Below, piece by piece: positions 7,764 through 17,800 of a stretch of DNA of 32,000 bases. Below the pieces are notes generated by a model, which saw only the letters and a list, made by a program, of their open reading frames with translations, made no database searches and was not told where the DNA came from. Location: assembly GCF_004102945.1 (NCBI RefSeq), contig NZ_CP019384.1, forward strand, positions 1,020,001 to 1,052,000. Direction: 5' to 3'. Each line of letters opens with the position of its first letter. Position 1 is the first letter of the stretch. This DNA comes from Candidatus Velamenicoccus archaeovorus. Lineage in GTDB: Bacteria; Omnitrophota; Gorgyraeia; Velamenicoccales; Velamenicoccaceae. Both the position numbers and the translations under genes were made by a program.

Positions 7764-9105
7764 CTTGGTCAGGATAATCGATGCGGGAGTGGTAAAAAGC
7801 GCCCAGGATATGGATAAAAATCGTCGCGATCTTCTCCAAGTCTCTCAACGTCAAATCACAAGCATCCAGTTGTCCGTCAATGAACTTGTTATTGATGACG
7901 CGATGCACCATGTCGGCGATCCGTTCGGCCGTCGGCTCCTCGAGGGTCCTGCAGGCGGCCTCCGCCGAATCCGCCAAAAGTACGATGGCCGTCTCTTTCG
8001 TCTCGGGCTTGGGGCCGGGATAGCGGAAAACCTCTTCGCTCAGCTCCCTTTCGTCGCCGCCGGACTCCAAAGCCCTGCGGTAGAAATAATAAACGAGGCT
8101 TGTGCCGTGATGCTGGCGGATGAATGCCGTGATCGTGTTGTTCACCCGGTTTTTTCTGGCGAGTTCCACGCCGGCCTTGACGTGTTCCATGATGACCAGC
8201 TTGCTCATAGAGGCGCTCAAGGTATCATGCTTGCTGGCGCACTTGTCCTGGTTCTCGCTGAAATATTCAGGTTTTTCCAGCTTTCCAATGTCGTGATAAT
8301 AAGCACCGACTCTCGCCAGAAGCGCATTGGCCCCCACGGCCTCGGATGCTACCTCGGCGAGATTGCCGACCATCAAGCTGTGATGATAGGTTCCGGGCGC
8401 CTCAAACACGAGGCGCTTAAGCAAGGGGTGGTTGAAATCGGCCAGCTCCAGAAGGCTGATATTAGTCACGACCCTGAATAGATATTCGAAAACCGGCAGA
8501 AGGCCGGCGACGAGAAAGGAGGAAATGATGCCGTTCAGAAAAGGCGCCATGCAGAAACGGACGATCGGAACCCCCCTTAAAGAGGTGTGCTGGAAAAAAG
8601 TCAACACGGCCAGGCTCTGGATCGCTCCGACAAAAAACCCCGCCGTGATGATGCGGGAACGGCGGCGGGCCTGCCATACATAGAGGGCGCCCAGGAGGCA
8701 CCCGAGGAAAAGGACGCCCGACAGATAAATGTCTCCCCCGAAGATCATGCCGACAAAAAAACTCAAAAGGACCGCGAATATCAACGACAGCTCGAGATCG
8801 TGATAGAGAAGAGAAACCAGCATCACGACCGCCGCGACGGGGATATAATAGGGCGACAGCACCGTGTATTCCTTGAAGAAAATCGCCATGGCGGCGCCGA
8901 GAAGAAAAAGAAAACCAAGAGAAAGGAAATTATACCGTTTGTCCTCGAATCGCCGGCTCAAGACCAACAGATAAACCGCCAAGAGCGCGAACATAAGGAT
9001 CGCCAGCAAAGGAATATCCGTCTGGATCCCATAAAAGGCCAGGAAAACGATCCCGCCGAAAAAGAAAAGCGCATCTTTAATCGTTATGTCTCTGTGCTTT
9101 ATCAT
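7741..9105 (-). CDS. multi-pass membrane HD/HDIG phosphohydrolase (7TM-HD, PgpH/YqfF-like)
   Basis: ORF 7741..9144 (track start is TTG). I use the ATG at 9105 ([11 protein letters not shown]). Several hydrophobic helices fill the first ~230 aa, followed by an HD domain with [10 protein letters not shown] and YYHDIGK. The gene order phoH / 7TM-HD / ybeY matches the Bacillus phoH-yqfF-ybeY region. Confidence 0.75.
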   Translation of the reverse strand: MIKHRDITIKDALFFFGGIVFLAFYGIQTDIPLLAILMFALLAVYLLVLSRRFEDKRYNFLSLGFLFLLGAAMAIFFKEYTVLSPYYIPVAAVVMLVSLLYHDLELSLIFAVLLSFFVGMIFGGDIYLSGVLFLGCLLGALYVWQARRRSRIITAGFFVGAIQSLAVLTFFQHTSLRGVPIVRFCMAPFLNGIISSFLVAGLLPVFEYLFRVVTNISLLELADFNHPLLKRLVFEAPGTYHHSLMVGNLAEVASEAVGANALLARVGAYYHDIGKLEKPEYFSENQDKCASKHDTLSASMSKLVIMEHVKAGVELARKNRVNNTITAFIRQHHGTSLVYYFYRRALESGGDERELSEEVFRYPGPKPETKETAIVLLADSAEAACRTLEEPTAERIADMVHRVINNKFIDGQLDACDLTLRDLEKIATIFIHILGAFYHSRIDYPDQGEATKKP

Positions 9106-10045
9106 AGGCTTCGATGACCCTCTGGACCAGCTCGTGGCGCACAACGTCCTCGCCCGTCAAATAGCTGATCTTGATCCCCTGGATATCATTGAGAAGCTCC
9201 AGCGCCTGGACCAGGCCGATCGGTTTTCCGCCGGGCAGATCGCTCTGCGTGATGTCGCCGGTAATCACCGCCTTGGAATCAAATCCTAGACGGGTCAAAA
9301 ACATCTTCAACTGCTCCGGCGTGCAATTCTGCGCTTCATCAAGAATAATAAAGGCATCATTAAGCGTGCGGCCGCGCATATAAGCCAGGGGCGCAACCTC
9401 AATGATCCCCGTTTCCAGGAACTTCTCGATCTTTTCCGCCTCCATCATGTCATAGAGGGCGTCGTAAAGAGGCCTCAAGTAAGGCGAGAGTTTCTGATGC
9501 ATGTCTCCGGGCAAGAAACCAAGGCTTTCCCCTGCCTCGAGGGCCGGACGCGTCAGAATGATCCTGCGGACCCTGCCGGAATTAAGCTCCGAGACCGCCA
9601 TGGCCATGGCCAGATAGGTCTTTCCCGTTCCCGCGGGACCGATGCCGAAAACGATATCGTTGCGACGGATGGCATCCGCATATTCCTGCTGTCCTTTTGT
9701 TTTGGGGGATGCGACCTTTTCTTTCTTGGCCACATCCCTGAAATCCTGGGGGAAACGGAAATCCGATGCCTTCCATTCCTTCTTGGCCCCGCTCAAGGAC
9801 CTTATGATCAATTCAAGCTCGCGCTTATCGGCATCCCGGTGGGTGCGGATAAGCTGGAGGAAATTCTCGATGACGCGGATCGCCTTCTCAAGCCTCCCTT
9901 TGTTGGAACCGCTGACACGCAACCCGTCGGGACGCGAAGAGATCTTGACATGATACTCCTGTTCAATCAAGCGCGCGTTTTCGTCGTGCAAGCCGAAAAA
10001 ATCCTGCGTTTCCTTCTGGCTCTCCAGTCTGACAACCCTGAACAT
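9077..10045 (-). CDS. phoH: PhoH-like ATPase
   Basis: ORF 9077..10084 (track start TTG). The ATG at 10045 is preceded by GAGGAAGG. Walker A GPAGTGKT, Walker [20 protein letters not shown] signature. Confidence 0.85.
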   Translation of the reverse strand: MFRVVRLESQKETQDFFGLHDENARLIEQEYHVKISSRPDGLRVSGSNKGRLEKAIRVIENFLQLIRTHRDADKRELELIIRSLSGAKKEWKASDFRFPQDFRDVAKKEKVASPKTKGQQEYADAIRRNDIVFGIGPAGTGKTYLAMAMAVSELNSGRVRRIILTRPALEAGESLGFLPGDMHQKLSPYLRPLYDALYDMMEAEKIEKFLETGIIEVAPLAYMRGRTLNDAFIILDEAQNCTPEQLKMFLTRLGFDSKAVITGDITQSDLPGGKPIGLVQALELLNDIQGIKISYLTGEDVVRHELVQRVIEAYDKAQRHND

Positions 10046-10166
10046 GTTCCCTTCCTCACAAAATAACCAAATTCCAAGATACAATCACCAAACAATAACC
10101 AATCACCAAAATCCAATCATCAAACAACACTTTGGTTGTTGGTCATTCCAATCCGGGCTTCCCTTC

Positions 10167-10694
10167 TCATTCCTGCGGGATTTTGATGACCTGGCCGGCG
10201 TAAATCTTGTCCGGGCTCTTCAGCGCTTGCTTGTTGGCCTCAAAAATCACTTTCCACTTCTTGGTCGTCCCGTAAAATTTCATCGATATCTTCTGCAGCG
10301 TGTCGTTCGCCGCAACCGTATACGTCACGGGTTCCTTGGGTGCTGTGGCGCCTGCGGGGGCCGCCATGGCCGGAATTTCCGTCGTCATCTCTTCGGTAGC
10401 GCCCTCTTGATTCTCCATGGCCATGGGACATTTTTCATATTTCGGCTTCTTGCCTTTAGGCCTCTGACCAGGCTTTTTTCCAAGCTCCACCTCGGCAACG
10501 TAGGTCGTGCGCGTCAGCTTCCTGCCGGCCTGGAGGTCTTCATGAGATGCACCCGTCAAATAGCCTGCATTCCCAGAACTCAAATCCTGATCGACACGTT
10601 CCTTCTCAACCGTGTAGGTACGCACCCGGGCGCAACCCGAAACGGCCGCAAGAGCAAAAACAACAACCCATATTCCAACCGCACCCTTCTTCAT
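10167..10694 (-). CDS. LysM-domain lipoprotein
   Basis: ORF 10167..10700. The first ATG abuts the SD, while the second ATG (10694) has AAGGAGG 6 nt upstream. Signal peptide with lipobox MKKGAVGIWVVVFALAAVSG|C. C-terminal LysM domain YTVAANDTLQKISMKFYGTTKKWKVIFEANKQALKSPDKIYAGQVIKIP. Confidence 0.75.
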   Translation of the reverse strand: MKKGAVGIWVVVFALAAVSGCARVRTYTVEKERVDQDLSSGNAGYLTGASHEDLQAGRKLTRTTYVAEVELGKKPGQRPKGKKPKYEKCPMAMENQEGATEEMTTEIPAMAAPAGATAPKEPVTYTVAANDTLQKISMKFYGTTKKWKVIFEANKQALKSPDKIYAGQVIKIPQE

Positions 10695-10707
10695 TGTCAT
10701 CCTCCTT

Positions 10708-10728
10708 AATTCCGCCTCTGGCGGGATT
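10708..10728 (-). repeat. GC hairpin module (AATTCCGCC-TCT-GGCGGGATT) abutting the Shine-Dalgarno of the lipoprotein gene
   Basis: The core TCCGCCTCTGGCGGG recurs at 10933-10947 and, inverted, at 28164-28178 (CCCGCCAGAGGCGGA). A variant (AATCCCACC-TCC-GGCGGGATT) abuts the groEL SD at 23197-23217. Confidence 0.8.
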
Positions 10729-10771
10729 AGACCCTCCGCTATGTGGAATGCGGAGGTCTACCCTTTCTGGG
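10727..10771. repeat. single 45-bp hairpin unit of the same family as the 6257-6346 tandem units (opposite orientation)
   Basis: TTAGACCCTCCGCTATGTGGAATGCGGAGGTCTACCCTTTCTGGG. By hand alignment, 37 of 47 positions match the reverse complement of the 6257-6346 unit, including the block GTGGAATGCGGAGGTC. Confidence 0.75.
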
Positions 10772-10821
10772 TTAACTCCTCCACCCGGCCTCATCGGATG
10801 GCCGGTGTGCCACTTTCTGCG

Positions 10822-10913
10822 GCAGCGTATCTTGGAAATATCTGGATGCCCGTCCGAGTTCTACGAGGACTGGTCGCAGCCAGATATTGACAAGATGCAA
10901 ACGCGAGGAGTAA
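10822..10913 (-). repeat. 92-nt structured repeat, copy 1 (in the leader of the LysM lipoprotein gene)
   Basis: Direct comparison with 23224-23315 gives 86/92 identical positions in the same orientation. It contains a long imperfect inverted repeat ATCTTGGAAATATCTG ... CAGATATTGACAAGAT. Confidence 0.9.
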
Positions 10914-10948
10914 CGTTTCTTTCCTTTAACCTTCCGCCTCTGGCGGGA

Positions 10949-11072
10949 TTAGACCCTCCGCTTATTCGGAATTGCGCAGGTCTACCCCTTGTAGGTTAGA
11001 CCCTTCGCTTATTCGGAATTGCGCAGGTCTACCCCCTTGTGGGTTAGACCCTTCGCTTATTCGGTATTACCC
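10949..11072. repeat. tandem array of 47/48-bp hairpin units (about 2.5 copies)
   Basis: The units start with TTAGACCC at 10949, 10996 and 11044. Units 1 and 2 differ at about 3 positions (TTAGACCCTYCGCTTATTCGGAATTGCGCAGGTCTACCCC(C)TTGTRGG), and unit 3 decays after about 25 nt. Confidence 0.9.
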
Positions 11073-11264
11073 GGCTCAATCGGATGAGCCACACCCTGCC
11101 TCATCGGACCGGCAAGTGCGCCACTTTCTGTGGCGGTATGCCGTCCAGGGGGACGCACCCGCTTATCCTATTAAAGCGGGGTGCAGCTTTCTGCGGCATG
11201 CAAAGGTCTCCCCCTTCTGGGTTAGCTGCTTACACAAGGAGTCAAGGTCACCCCTATATTCCTC

Positions 11265-11341
11265 GGCCTGTTTCGGGTACCTCTAAGCGGCCACAACACT
11301 CTCCGCCCTAAAGGGCGGAGCTTTAGGCCGCGCAGAGTCAA
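11265..11341 (-). repeat. 77-nt two-tier hairpin repeat, copy a (5 nt downstream of the aspS stop)
   Basis: The reverse complement is TTGACTCTGCGCGGCCTAAAGCTCCGCCCTTTAGGGCGGAGAGTGTTGTGGCCGCTTAGAGGTACCCGAAACAGGCC. It matches 25662-25738 (plus strand) at 74/77 positions. Confidence 0.9.
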
Positions 11342-11346
11342 TTCCT

Positions 11347-12753
11347 TTATTCCTTCCCCTTCGGCGCAACGCTTCTGATGTGCAATTCTTTGAGTTGCTT
11401 GTCGGTGACATCCGAAGGCGCCTGTGTTAGGGGACAGACAGCCTTTTGTGTTTTAGGAAACGCAATGATATCCCTGATGCTCTCTGTGCCGAAGAAAATC
11501 GACAAGATCCTGTCGAGCCCGAACGCGATGCCGCCGTGAGGCGGAGCCCCGTATTTGAAAGCCTCAAGCAAAAACCCGAAGCGGGCATCAATCTCGTCCT
11601 GCGGGATACGCAGGATCTCGAAGATCTTGTGCTGCAGCGCCTGGTCGTGGATCCTGATGGAACCGCTGGAGATCTCATTACCGTTCAGCACAAGATCGTA
11701 CGAACGCGAACGGATGCGGCCAAGGTCCCCGGACTCAAGCAAACCGATATCTTCGGGATGAGGCGCCGTAAAAGGATGGTGCTCGCTGTCCCATCTCTTT
11801 TCTTCATCGTCGTATTTGAAAAGAGGGAAATCGACGACCCAGACGAAAGAGAATTCGCCGGCATCCTCTTTGTTGCGACGCAAGTCCGGCTTATCGCAGC
11901 CGTATGTCTCCATCGCCTCCTTATAGCTGATGCGCGGGAACGGCGTCGTCAGCGTCACGCCTTTAAGCTCCTTCAAAACAAGAACAAACATCTTCTCGGA
12001 AATGGAAAATATATCCTCCTCCTCCACAAACGACATCTCCATGTCCATCTGGGTGAATTCCGGCTGGCGGTCCGCCCGCAGGTCTTCATCCCTGAAACAT
12101 TTGGCGATCTGGAAATAACGGTCGAATCCGGACACCATCAAAAGCTGTTTAAAAAGCTGCGGCGACTGCGGCAGGGCGAAAAATTTTCCCGGGTTGACGC
12201 GGGACGGCACGAGGTAATCCCGTGCGCCTTCCGGGGTAGACTTGGTCAAAATAGGCGTCTCCACCTCAATAAAGCCTTCATTGCTGAGGAACTCGCGCAT
12301 CAGACGGTTCAATTGGTGCCGGGCGGACAAAAGCTTGAACATCGCGGGACGGCGCAGATCCAGATACCGATACGGCAGACGCACGTCTTCGGACAACACG
12401 AGATCGTCCGCAATCTCAAACGGCGGCGTCAGAGACGGATTCAATATTTCGAGCTCCTGGGCGATCAGCTCGATCTCACCCGTCGGAATATCAGGATTGA
12501 TATTGCTCTTCGGCCGGAGGTTCACCAGGCCCTTGAGACGCACAGCGAATTCGGCGCGCAGGTCTGTCGCCAAACGGTGCGCCTGGGGGGAATCCTTAGG
12601 GCTGAACATCACCTGCGTATAGCCGTAACGGTCCCTCAAATCAATAAAAATAAGCTTTCCATGATCGCGGCGCCTATGCACCCAGCCGCAAAGCACGACG
12701 ACCTGGCTGGCGTGCTCCTTTTTTAACTCACCGCACGTATGTGTCCTCAACAT
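11347..12753 (-). CDS. aspS: aspartate--tRNA ligase, bacterial-type core but lacking the GAD insertion domain
   Basis: 468-aa ORF. FFALPQSPQLFKQLLMVSGFDRYFQIAKCFRDEDLRADRQPEFTQMD is nearly identical to the bacterial AspRS motif-2 region. GLDRI and AFPKT are present. The ATG at 12753 overlaps the hisS stop (ATGTTGA). Confidence 0.9.
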   Translation of the reverse strand: MLRTHTCGELKKEHASQVVVLCGWVHRRRDHGKLIFIDLRDRYGYTQVMFSPKDSPQAHRLATDLRAEFAVRLKGLVNLRPKSNINPDIPTGEIELIAQELEILNPSLTPPFEIADDLVLSEDVRLPYRYLDLRRPAMFKLLSARHQLNRLMREFLSNEGFIEVETPILTKSTPEGARDYLVPSRVNPGKFFALPQSPQLFKQLLMVSGFDRYFQIAKCFRDEDLRADRQPEFTQMDMEMSFVEEEDIFSISEKMFVLVLKELKGVTLTTPFPRISYKEAMETYGCDKPDLRRNKEDAGEFSFVWVVDFPLFKYDDEEKRWDSEHHPFTAPHPEDIGLLESGDLGRIRSRSYDLVLNGNEISSGSIRIHDQALQHKIFEILRIPQDEIDARFGFLLEAFKYGAPPHGGIAFGLDRILSIFFGTESIRDIIAFPKTQKAVCPLTQAPSDVTDKQLKELHIRSVAPKGKE

Positions 12754-14000
12754 AAAGTTTCCTTTACCTGCTGGACGATCCGGTCCAGGGGCACCTCGAT
12801 CTGGGTCCTTTTCATCATATCCTTCAAAAGTCCTACGCCCTTGGCCAGCTCATTGTCTCCCACGATGACACAGGTCTTGGCTTTCAATGCCCCTGCCTTC
12901 CTCAAAGCCGATTTCAAAGACCCGTCTGTATAATCCGTATCGGTCGCAATCCCCGCTTCGCGCAAAGTATTCATAAGTCCTTGGCACTTGGCCGCGGTCG
13001 CATCTCCCAGGCCGATGATATAACAATCCAACCCCTCGACCCCATTCTCCTCCTTGGATCCTCTGGCCAAAAGCATCCTCTCGACGCCCAATGCAAACCC
13101 GACTGCCCCTTTTTCTGGCCCCCCCAGCTCTCCGACCAGATTATCATAGCGGCCGCCTGCGCCGATGGCATCCTGAGCCCCCAGACCGGGATGCTTGATC
13201 TCAAAAACGGTCTTTGTATAATAATCCAGGCCGCGGACCAAAAGCGGATCGACCCTGAAAGTAACGCCGAAGGCCGCAAGGGCCTTCTTGACAGACTCAA
13301 AATGATCCCGGCAATCCTGGCAGACGCGCCCTGTGTCGATGGACAAAGCGGCGACGTTCTCCCGGCACTGCGCATTCTTGCAATCCAGGACGCGAAAGAC
13401 ATTGCGCTCCATGCGACCCTGGCAATCTTCGCAAAACATTTGCTTCTTCGGCAAAAGGACTTCCTTGAGGTTTATCGCCAGACGTTTTTTATCATTCGCG
13501 CAGCCCAGCGTATTGACGGCAACTTCGAAGCCGCTGATACCGGCTTCGCGCAGGATATGAACAGCCAGCCGTATCAGCTCGGCGTCCAGGCCGGGGCTGT
13601 AAGAACCGATGGCTTCGCACCCTATGTGATGGAACTGGCGCAAACGCCCCTTCTGGGGCCTTTCGGCACGGAACATCGGACCGATATAAAACCATTTGAC
13701 AAGCGGAGACGTGTGGTAAGTGCCGCTCTCGATATAGGCGCGGATCACGGAAGCCGTGGCCTCCGGCCTCAAAACAAATGAATCGCTCTCCTTTTTGATA
13801 AGGAACATCTGTTTCTGGACGATGTCAGAAAGGTCTCCCAGAGAACGTAAAAAAAGCCCTGTCTCTTCGATCACAGGGGTCCGTATCTCCTGAAAGGCAT
13901 AAAGGGAAAAAATACGCTTCGCCTGACCTTCGATGGTCTGCCAAAGGATTGTTTCAGGCGGCAGGATATCTTTTGTACCGCGTGGGGTTTTGAAAAGCAT
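12747..14000 (-). CDS. hisS: histidine--tRNA ligase
   Basis: 417-aa ORF with ATG at 14000. PRGTKD, LRQFHHIGCEAIG (motif 2), GAGGRYDNLV (motif 3 region), and a C-terminal anticodon-binding domain. Confidence 0.92.
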   Translation of the reverse strand: MLFKTPRGTKDILPPETILWQTIEGQAKRIFSLYAFQEIRTPVIEETGLFLRSLGDLSDIVQKQMFLIKKESDSFVLRPEATASVIRAYIESGTYHTSPLVKWFYIGPMFRAERPQKGRLRQFHHIGCEAIGSYSPGLDAELIRLAVHILREAGISGFEVAVNTLGCANDKKRLAINLKEVLLPKKQMFCEDCQGRMERNVFRVLDCKNAQCRENVAALSIDTGRVCQDCRDHFESVKKALAAFGVTFRVDPLLVRGLDYYTKTVFEIKHPGLGAQDAIGAGGRYDNLVGELGGPEKGAVGFALGVERMLLARGSKEENGVEGLDCYIIGLGDATAAKCQGLMNTLREAGIATDTDYTDGSLKSALRKAGALKAKTCVIVGDNELAKGVGLLKDMMKRTQIEVPLDRIVQQVKETLC

Positions 14001-14078
14001 GGGACAGATAAATGCCTTGTAAGGCTTGAAAAGGCGGACAAACAGCGGCCCGCCTTTGAATTGAAAACTTGGTTTTGA

Positions 14079-14282
14079 TCAGATCTTCACGACATCTTTG
14101 GCCTGAGGACCCTTTTCTCCCTGAACGATATCGAATTGGACCTTTTGACCCTCTTCGAGCGTCTTATACCCTTCGCTTTTGATCGCTGAAAAATGAACGA
14201 ACACATCCTGCCCATCTTCACATTCGATAAAACCATACCCTTTTGGGGCAGAGAACCACTTCACCTTGCCTACCTGCGGCAT
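14079..14282 (-). CDS. cold-shock protein (CspA family)
   Basis: 67 aa. RNP-1 KGYGFI and RNP-2 VFVHF motifs. AAGGAG SD 6 nt upstream of the ATG at 14282. Confidence 0.93.
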   Translation of the reverse strand: MPQVGKVKWFSAPKGYGFIECEDGQDVFVHFSAIKSEGYKTLEEGQKVQFDIVQGEKGPQAKDVVKI

Positions 14283-14336
14283 AACACTCTCCTTAACTTC
14301 GCGTATAATGGATTTTATTCCTTACGGGGTTAACTT

Positions 14337-14434
14337 CCTGCCTGCCGGCAGGCAGGCGAGCTTCGGCAAAACTTTGTTTTGCCAGGCCGTAAATTTCAAG
14401 ACGTCCGGTTCAGCCGGACGGTGAAGAAATTTAC
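14337..14434. other. cluster of three perfect hairpins in the HU-csp spacer (probable csp leader / HU 3' end structure)
   Basis: A 20-bp perfect palindrome CCTGCCTGCCGGCAGGCAGG (14337-14356). GGCAAAAC-TTT-GTTTTGCC (14365-14383). A nested pair GTAAATTTC ... CGTCCGG-TTCAG-CCGGACG ... GAAATTTAC (14389-14434). Confidence 0.7.
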
Positions 14435-14470
14435 AAGCGTATAAGCAAAGAGTAACCTAAAGTCTTACAA

Positions 14471-14743
14471 CTATTTAATCAGTTTTTTCATCTCCAGGCC
14501 GGATTTAAAAACAACGACCTTCCTCGCCGGAACCGGGACTACTTGGCCTGTCCTGGGATTCCTTCCTGTGCGGCTGCGCCTTTCTTTCAGCTTGAAAACA
14601 CCGAAGTTACGCAACTCAACCTTTTCCCCGCGGACAAGACTGGCGATAATATGGTCAAAGGTTTTTTGCACAACCTTTTTAACATCAATCTGTTTGATCC
14701 CCGTCTCGTCAGCAATCTTTAAAACAATGTCTTTCTTAGTCAT
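14471..14743 (-). CDS. HU/IHF-family DNA-binding protein
   Basis: ORF 14471..14752 (track start GTG). The ATG at 14743 lies about 9 nt from AGGAGG. GEKVELRNFGVFKLKERRSRTGRNPRTGQVVPVPARKVVVFKSG is the HU/IHF beta-arm signature. Confidence 0.88.
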   Translation of the reverse strand: MTKKDIVLKIADETGIKQIDVKKVVQKTFDHIIASLVRGEKVELRNFGVFKLKERRSRTGRNPRTGQVVPVPARKVVVFKSGLEMKKLIK

Positions 14744-14808
14744 GATCATCACCCTCCTTTCTAGAGGTGAGGAAGCTCTATTTTTATAAGTAGCGTACCA
14801 TGAAAGAG

Positions 14809-17800
14809 TTACATCGTCAATTGAAATCTTTGCGTGCCGATGAGCTCCTCAATATCATTAAAAAGTTCTTGCCTCGGCTGGACAAAAAGGTCCCTGGCGA
14901 CCAGGATACGAAGCTTCCGATTGTTTTCGGAACCCAGATGAAGGTAAACAGGTACATTTCCCGGCGAGAGGGAAAGTTTTTCCTTTAATACCTGCATGAT
15001 ATTTTCCTTAACGCCAGACAGATCAATGGATATCGAAGAGATGGCGCGATAGGCCTCTTCAATAGGAGTCACGTCGGCAGCCAGGATTTTAGGCATCTCT
15101 TCCCGCAGAGACAGCCTTCCCTTGATCATCACGACGTTATTGGCAATAAGGTAACGCGACACCTGTTTATAAGTATTTGGGAAAACAAGAACTTCGAGAA
15201 GACCTGTCAAGTCTTCCACTCTCAGGATGGCCATTTTTTCTGCTTTTTGGCGGGTCGTCGTGATCTTGATCTTATTGATCAAGCCAACGATGGTAACATC
15301 CTGTCCGTCTTTAAGTTCCGACAACTTCGAAATCGAACAGGAAGAAAACCTCTCCAGTAGATGCTCATACCGCACCAAGGGATGCCCACTAATATAAAAT
15401 CCCAATATCTCTTTTTCGAATGACAAGAGCTGAAGTTCCGGCCATTCCTTGATATCGGGCACCTTGACCTGGAATCTCTTAAAGCCGGCGTCGGCAGAAA
15501 AATCGGTATCAAAAAAAGACATCTGGCCTGAACTGCGGTCTTTATGGGCCTTGGCCGAATAATCCAGGCACTCCTGCAGGATAGTCATCAATTGGCTGCG
15601 GCGGAATTTAAAGGTATCCATGGCGCCGCATTTAATGAGGCTCTCCACCACTTTGCGGTTTACAAGCCTCAGATCCACATGCTGGCAGAAGTCTTCCAGG
15701 TTCTCAAACGGCCCATCCTTTTGCCTGGCCTCAACAATAGAGTCTATCGCCCCCTTGCCTACATTTTTGACGGCCAGGAGCCCGAAGCGGATGCTCGTCT
15801 GATTCTCAACCGTGAACTTGGAATAGCTCTCGTTGACCGTCGGATTCAAGACGGTGATGCCCATGCGGTTGGCCTCTTTGACGTATTCGACGACCTTGTC
15901 CGTATTTTCTTTTTCGCTTGTCAGAAGCGCCGTCATGAATTCAACAGGGTAATTCGCCTTCAGGTAAGCCGTGCGGTAAGAGATCACGGCATAGGCGGCC
16001 GAATGACTCCTGTTAAAACCATAGCCGGAAAAATAATCGATGAGATCGAACACCTTGGTCGCTATCCTCTTGTCGATCTTGTTCTTGATACATCCCTCGA
16101 CAAACAAATGGCGCTGCTTATCCATCTCCTCAGGGATCTTTTTGGCCATGGCGCGACGCAGCAAATCCGCTTGCGCCATGCTGAAACCGGCGAGGGCCGA
16201 GGCAATCTGCATGACCTGTTCCTGATACACCATGATCCCGTAGGTGTCTTTCAGGATGCTCTCCATTTTCGGGTGGTCGTAGACGATGGGCTTGAGGCCG
16301 TGTTTACGCTGGATGAAATCATCGAGCATGCCCGAACCGATAGGGCCCGGCCGATAAAGCGCGAGCAAGGCGATCAAATCCTCAAAAAGGCTCGGGTTGA
16401 GCTTACGCAAAAGATCGCGCATCCCTGCGCTTTCCAGCTGGAAGACGCCGATCGTCTGGGCCGAGGCCAGAAGTCCAAAGGTCTTCTTGTCCTCCAGGGA
16501 AACGGCATCAATGTCGATATCGACATTCTTGGTCCTCTTGATGATCTTTAAGGCCTCGGCGATAACCGTCAGCGTCCTCAGCCCCAGAAAATCCATCTTG
16601 AGCAAGCCGATCTTTTCAAGCGCCTTCATGGAAAAACCGGACGTCACCTGATCGTCGTCAAGCTTGCACAGCGGCATATAGGTATCCAAAGGCTTGTCGC
16701 CGATGACGACGCCCGCCGCGTGCACCGAGGCGTGCCGCGAAAGCCCTTCAAGGTCCTTGGCCGTATCCAGTAATTGACGCACCTGGGCATTGTTTTCATA
16801 GAGGTTTTTGAGTTCGTCTGTCTTCAGGGCATCGTCGAGGGTGATGCCCAGTTCTGGCGGAACAAGTTTGGCGATCCGGTCGACGTCCGCGTAAGGAACG
16901 GCCATCACGCGGCCGACGTCGCGGATGACGGCGCGCGCCAGCATCGTTCCAAAAGTGATGATCTGGGCGACGTTCTCCTTGCCGTACTTCTGATTGACGT
17001 AATCGATGACTTCCTGGCGGCGTTCGAAACAAAAATCGATATCGATATCCGGCAACCCCACGCGCTCGGGATTCAGGAACCTTTCAAAAAGCAGCTTATA
17101 CCTTAAAGGGTCGAGTTCCGTTATCCCCAGAAGATAACTCACCAGGCTGCCGGCAGCCGATCCGCGGCCAGGCCCGACGGGGATCCCTTTGCTTTTCGCG
17201 TAATGGATAAAATCCCAGACAATAAGAAAATAACTGATGAACCCCATCTGCTTGATCGTGGCCAGCTCATGCTCCAGTCTTTGGCGGATAGCCGGCGTGA
17301 CTTTTCCGCCATAGCGCTTCTTAAGCCCTTCATCGCAAAGCTCCCTCAAATATATCTCCCCTGTCTTGCCGGCCGGCGGCGTGTATTGAGGCAGGTGAGG
17401 CTTGCCGAACTCCAGGACCAGGTTGCAGCGGTTGGCGACTTCGATCGTATTGCGGATGGCTTCCGGACAATAAGCGAACAGGTCTTTCATTTCCTGCGGA
17501 CTCTTGAAATAAAATTCCTGGGTCTGAAACCGCATGCGGTTGGGATCATCCAAAGTCGTCTGGGTCTGGATACACAACAACGCCTCGTGGGATGCCGCGC
17601 TTTTCTTATTCAAATAGTGGACGTCGTTGGTGGCTATGACGGGCAGGTTTAATTCATGGGCGATCTTGAGCAGGCCTTCGTTGACGACAGTCTGTTCGGG
17701 GATAAAATTCTCCTGGAGCTCCAGGTAAAAATTGTCCCTGCCGAACATGCACGAGAATTCGTCCGCGGCCTTGATCGCGTCGTTGAGGCGATTGGCTGTG

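Noticed and set aside
10949-11072. CRISPR array interpretation of the 45-48-bp tandem repeats (also 6257-6356).
   Set aside because: The copies are directly abutting with no unique spacers. The variable-looking interior is itself conserved between copies. No cas genes or leader are present.
10547-11311. Plus-strand ORFs 10547..10999, 10972..11286 and 11084..11311, and minus ORF 10606..10794, in the repeat island.
   Set aside because: They translate the tandem hairpin units (repeated PPLAGLDPPL / LDPSLIRNCAGLP). They have no SD, and their frames are set by the repeat periodicity.
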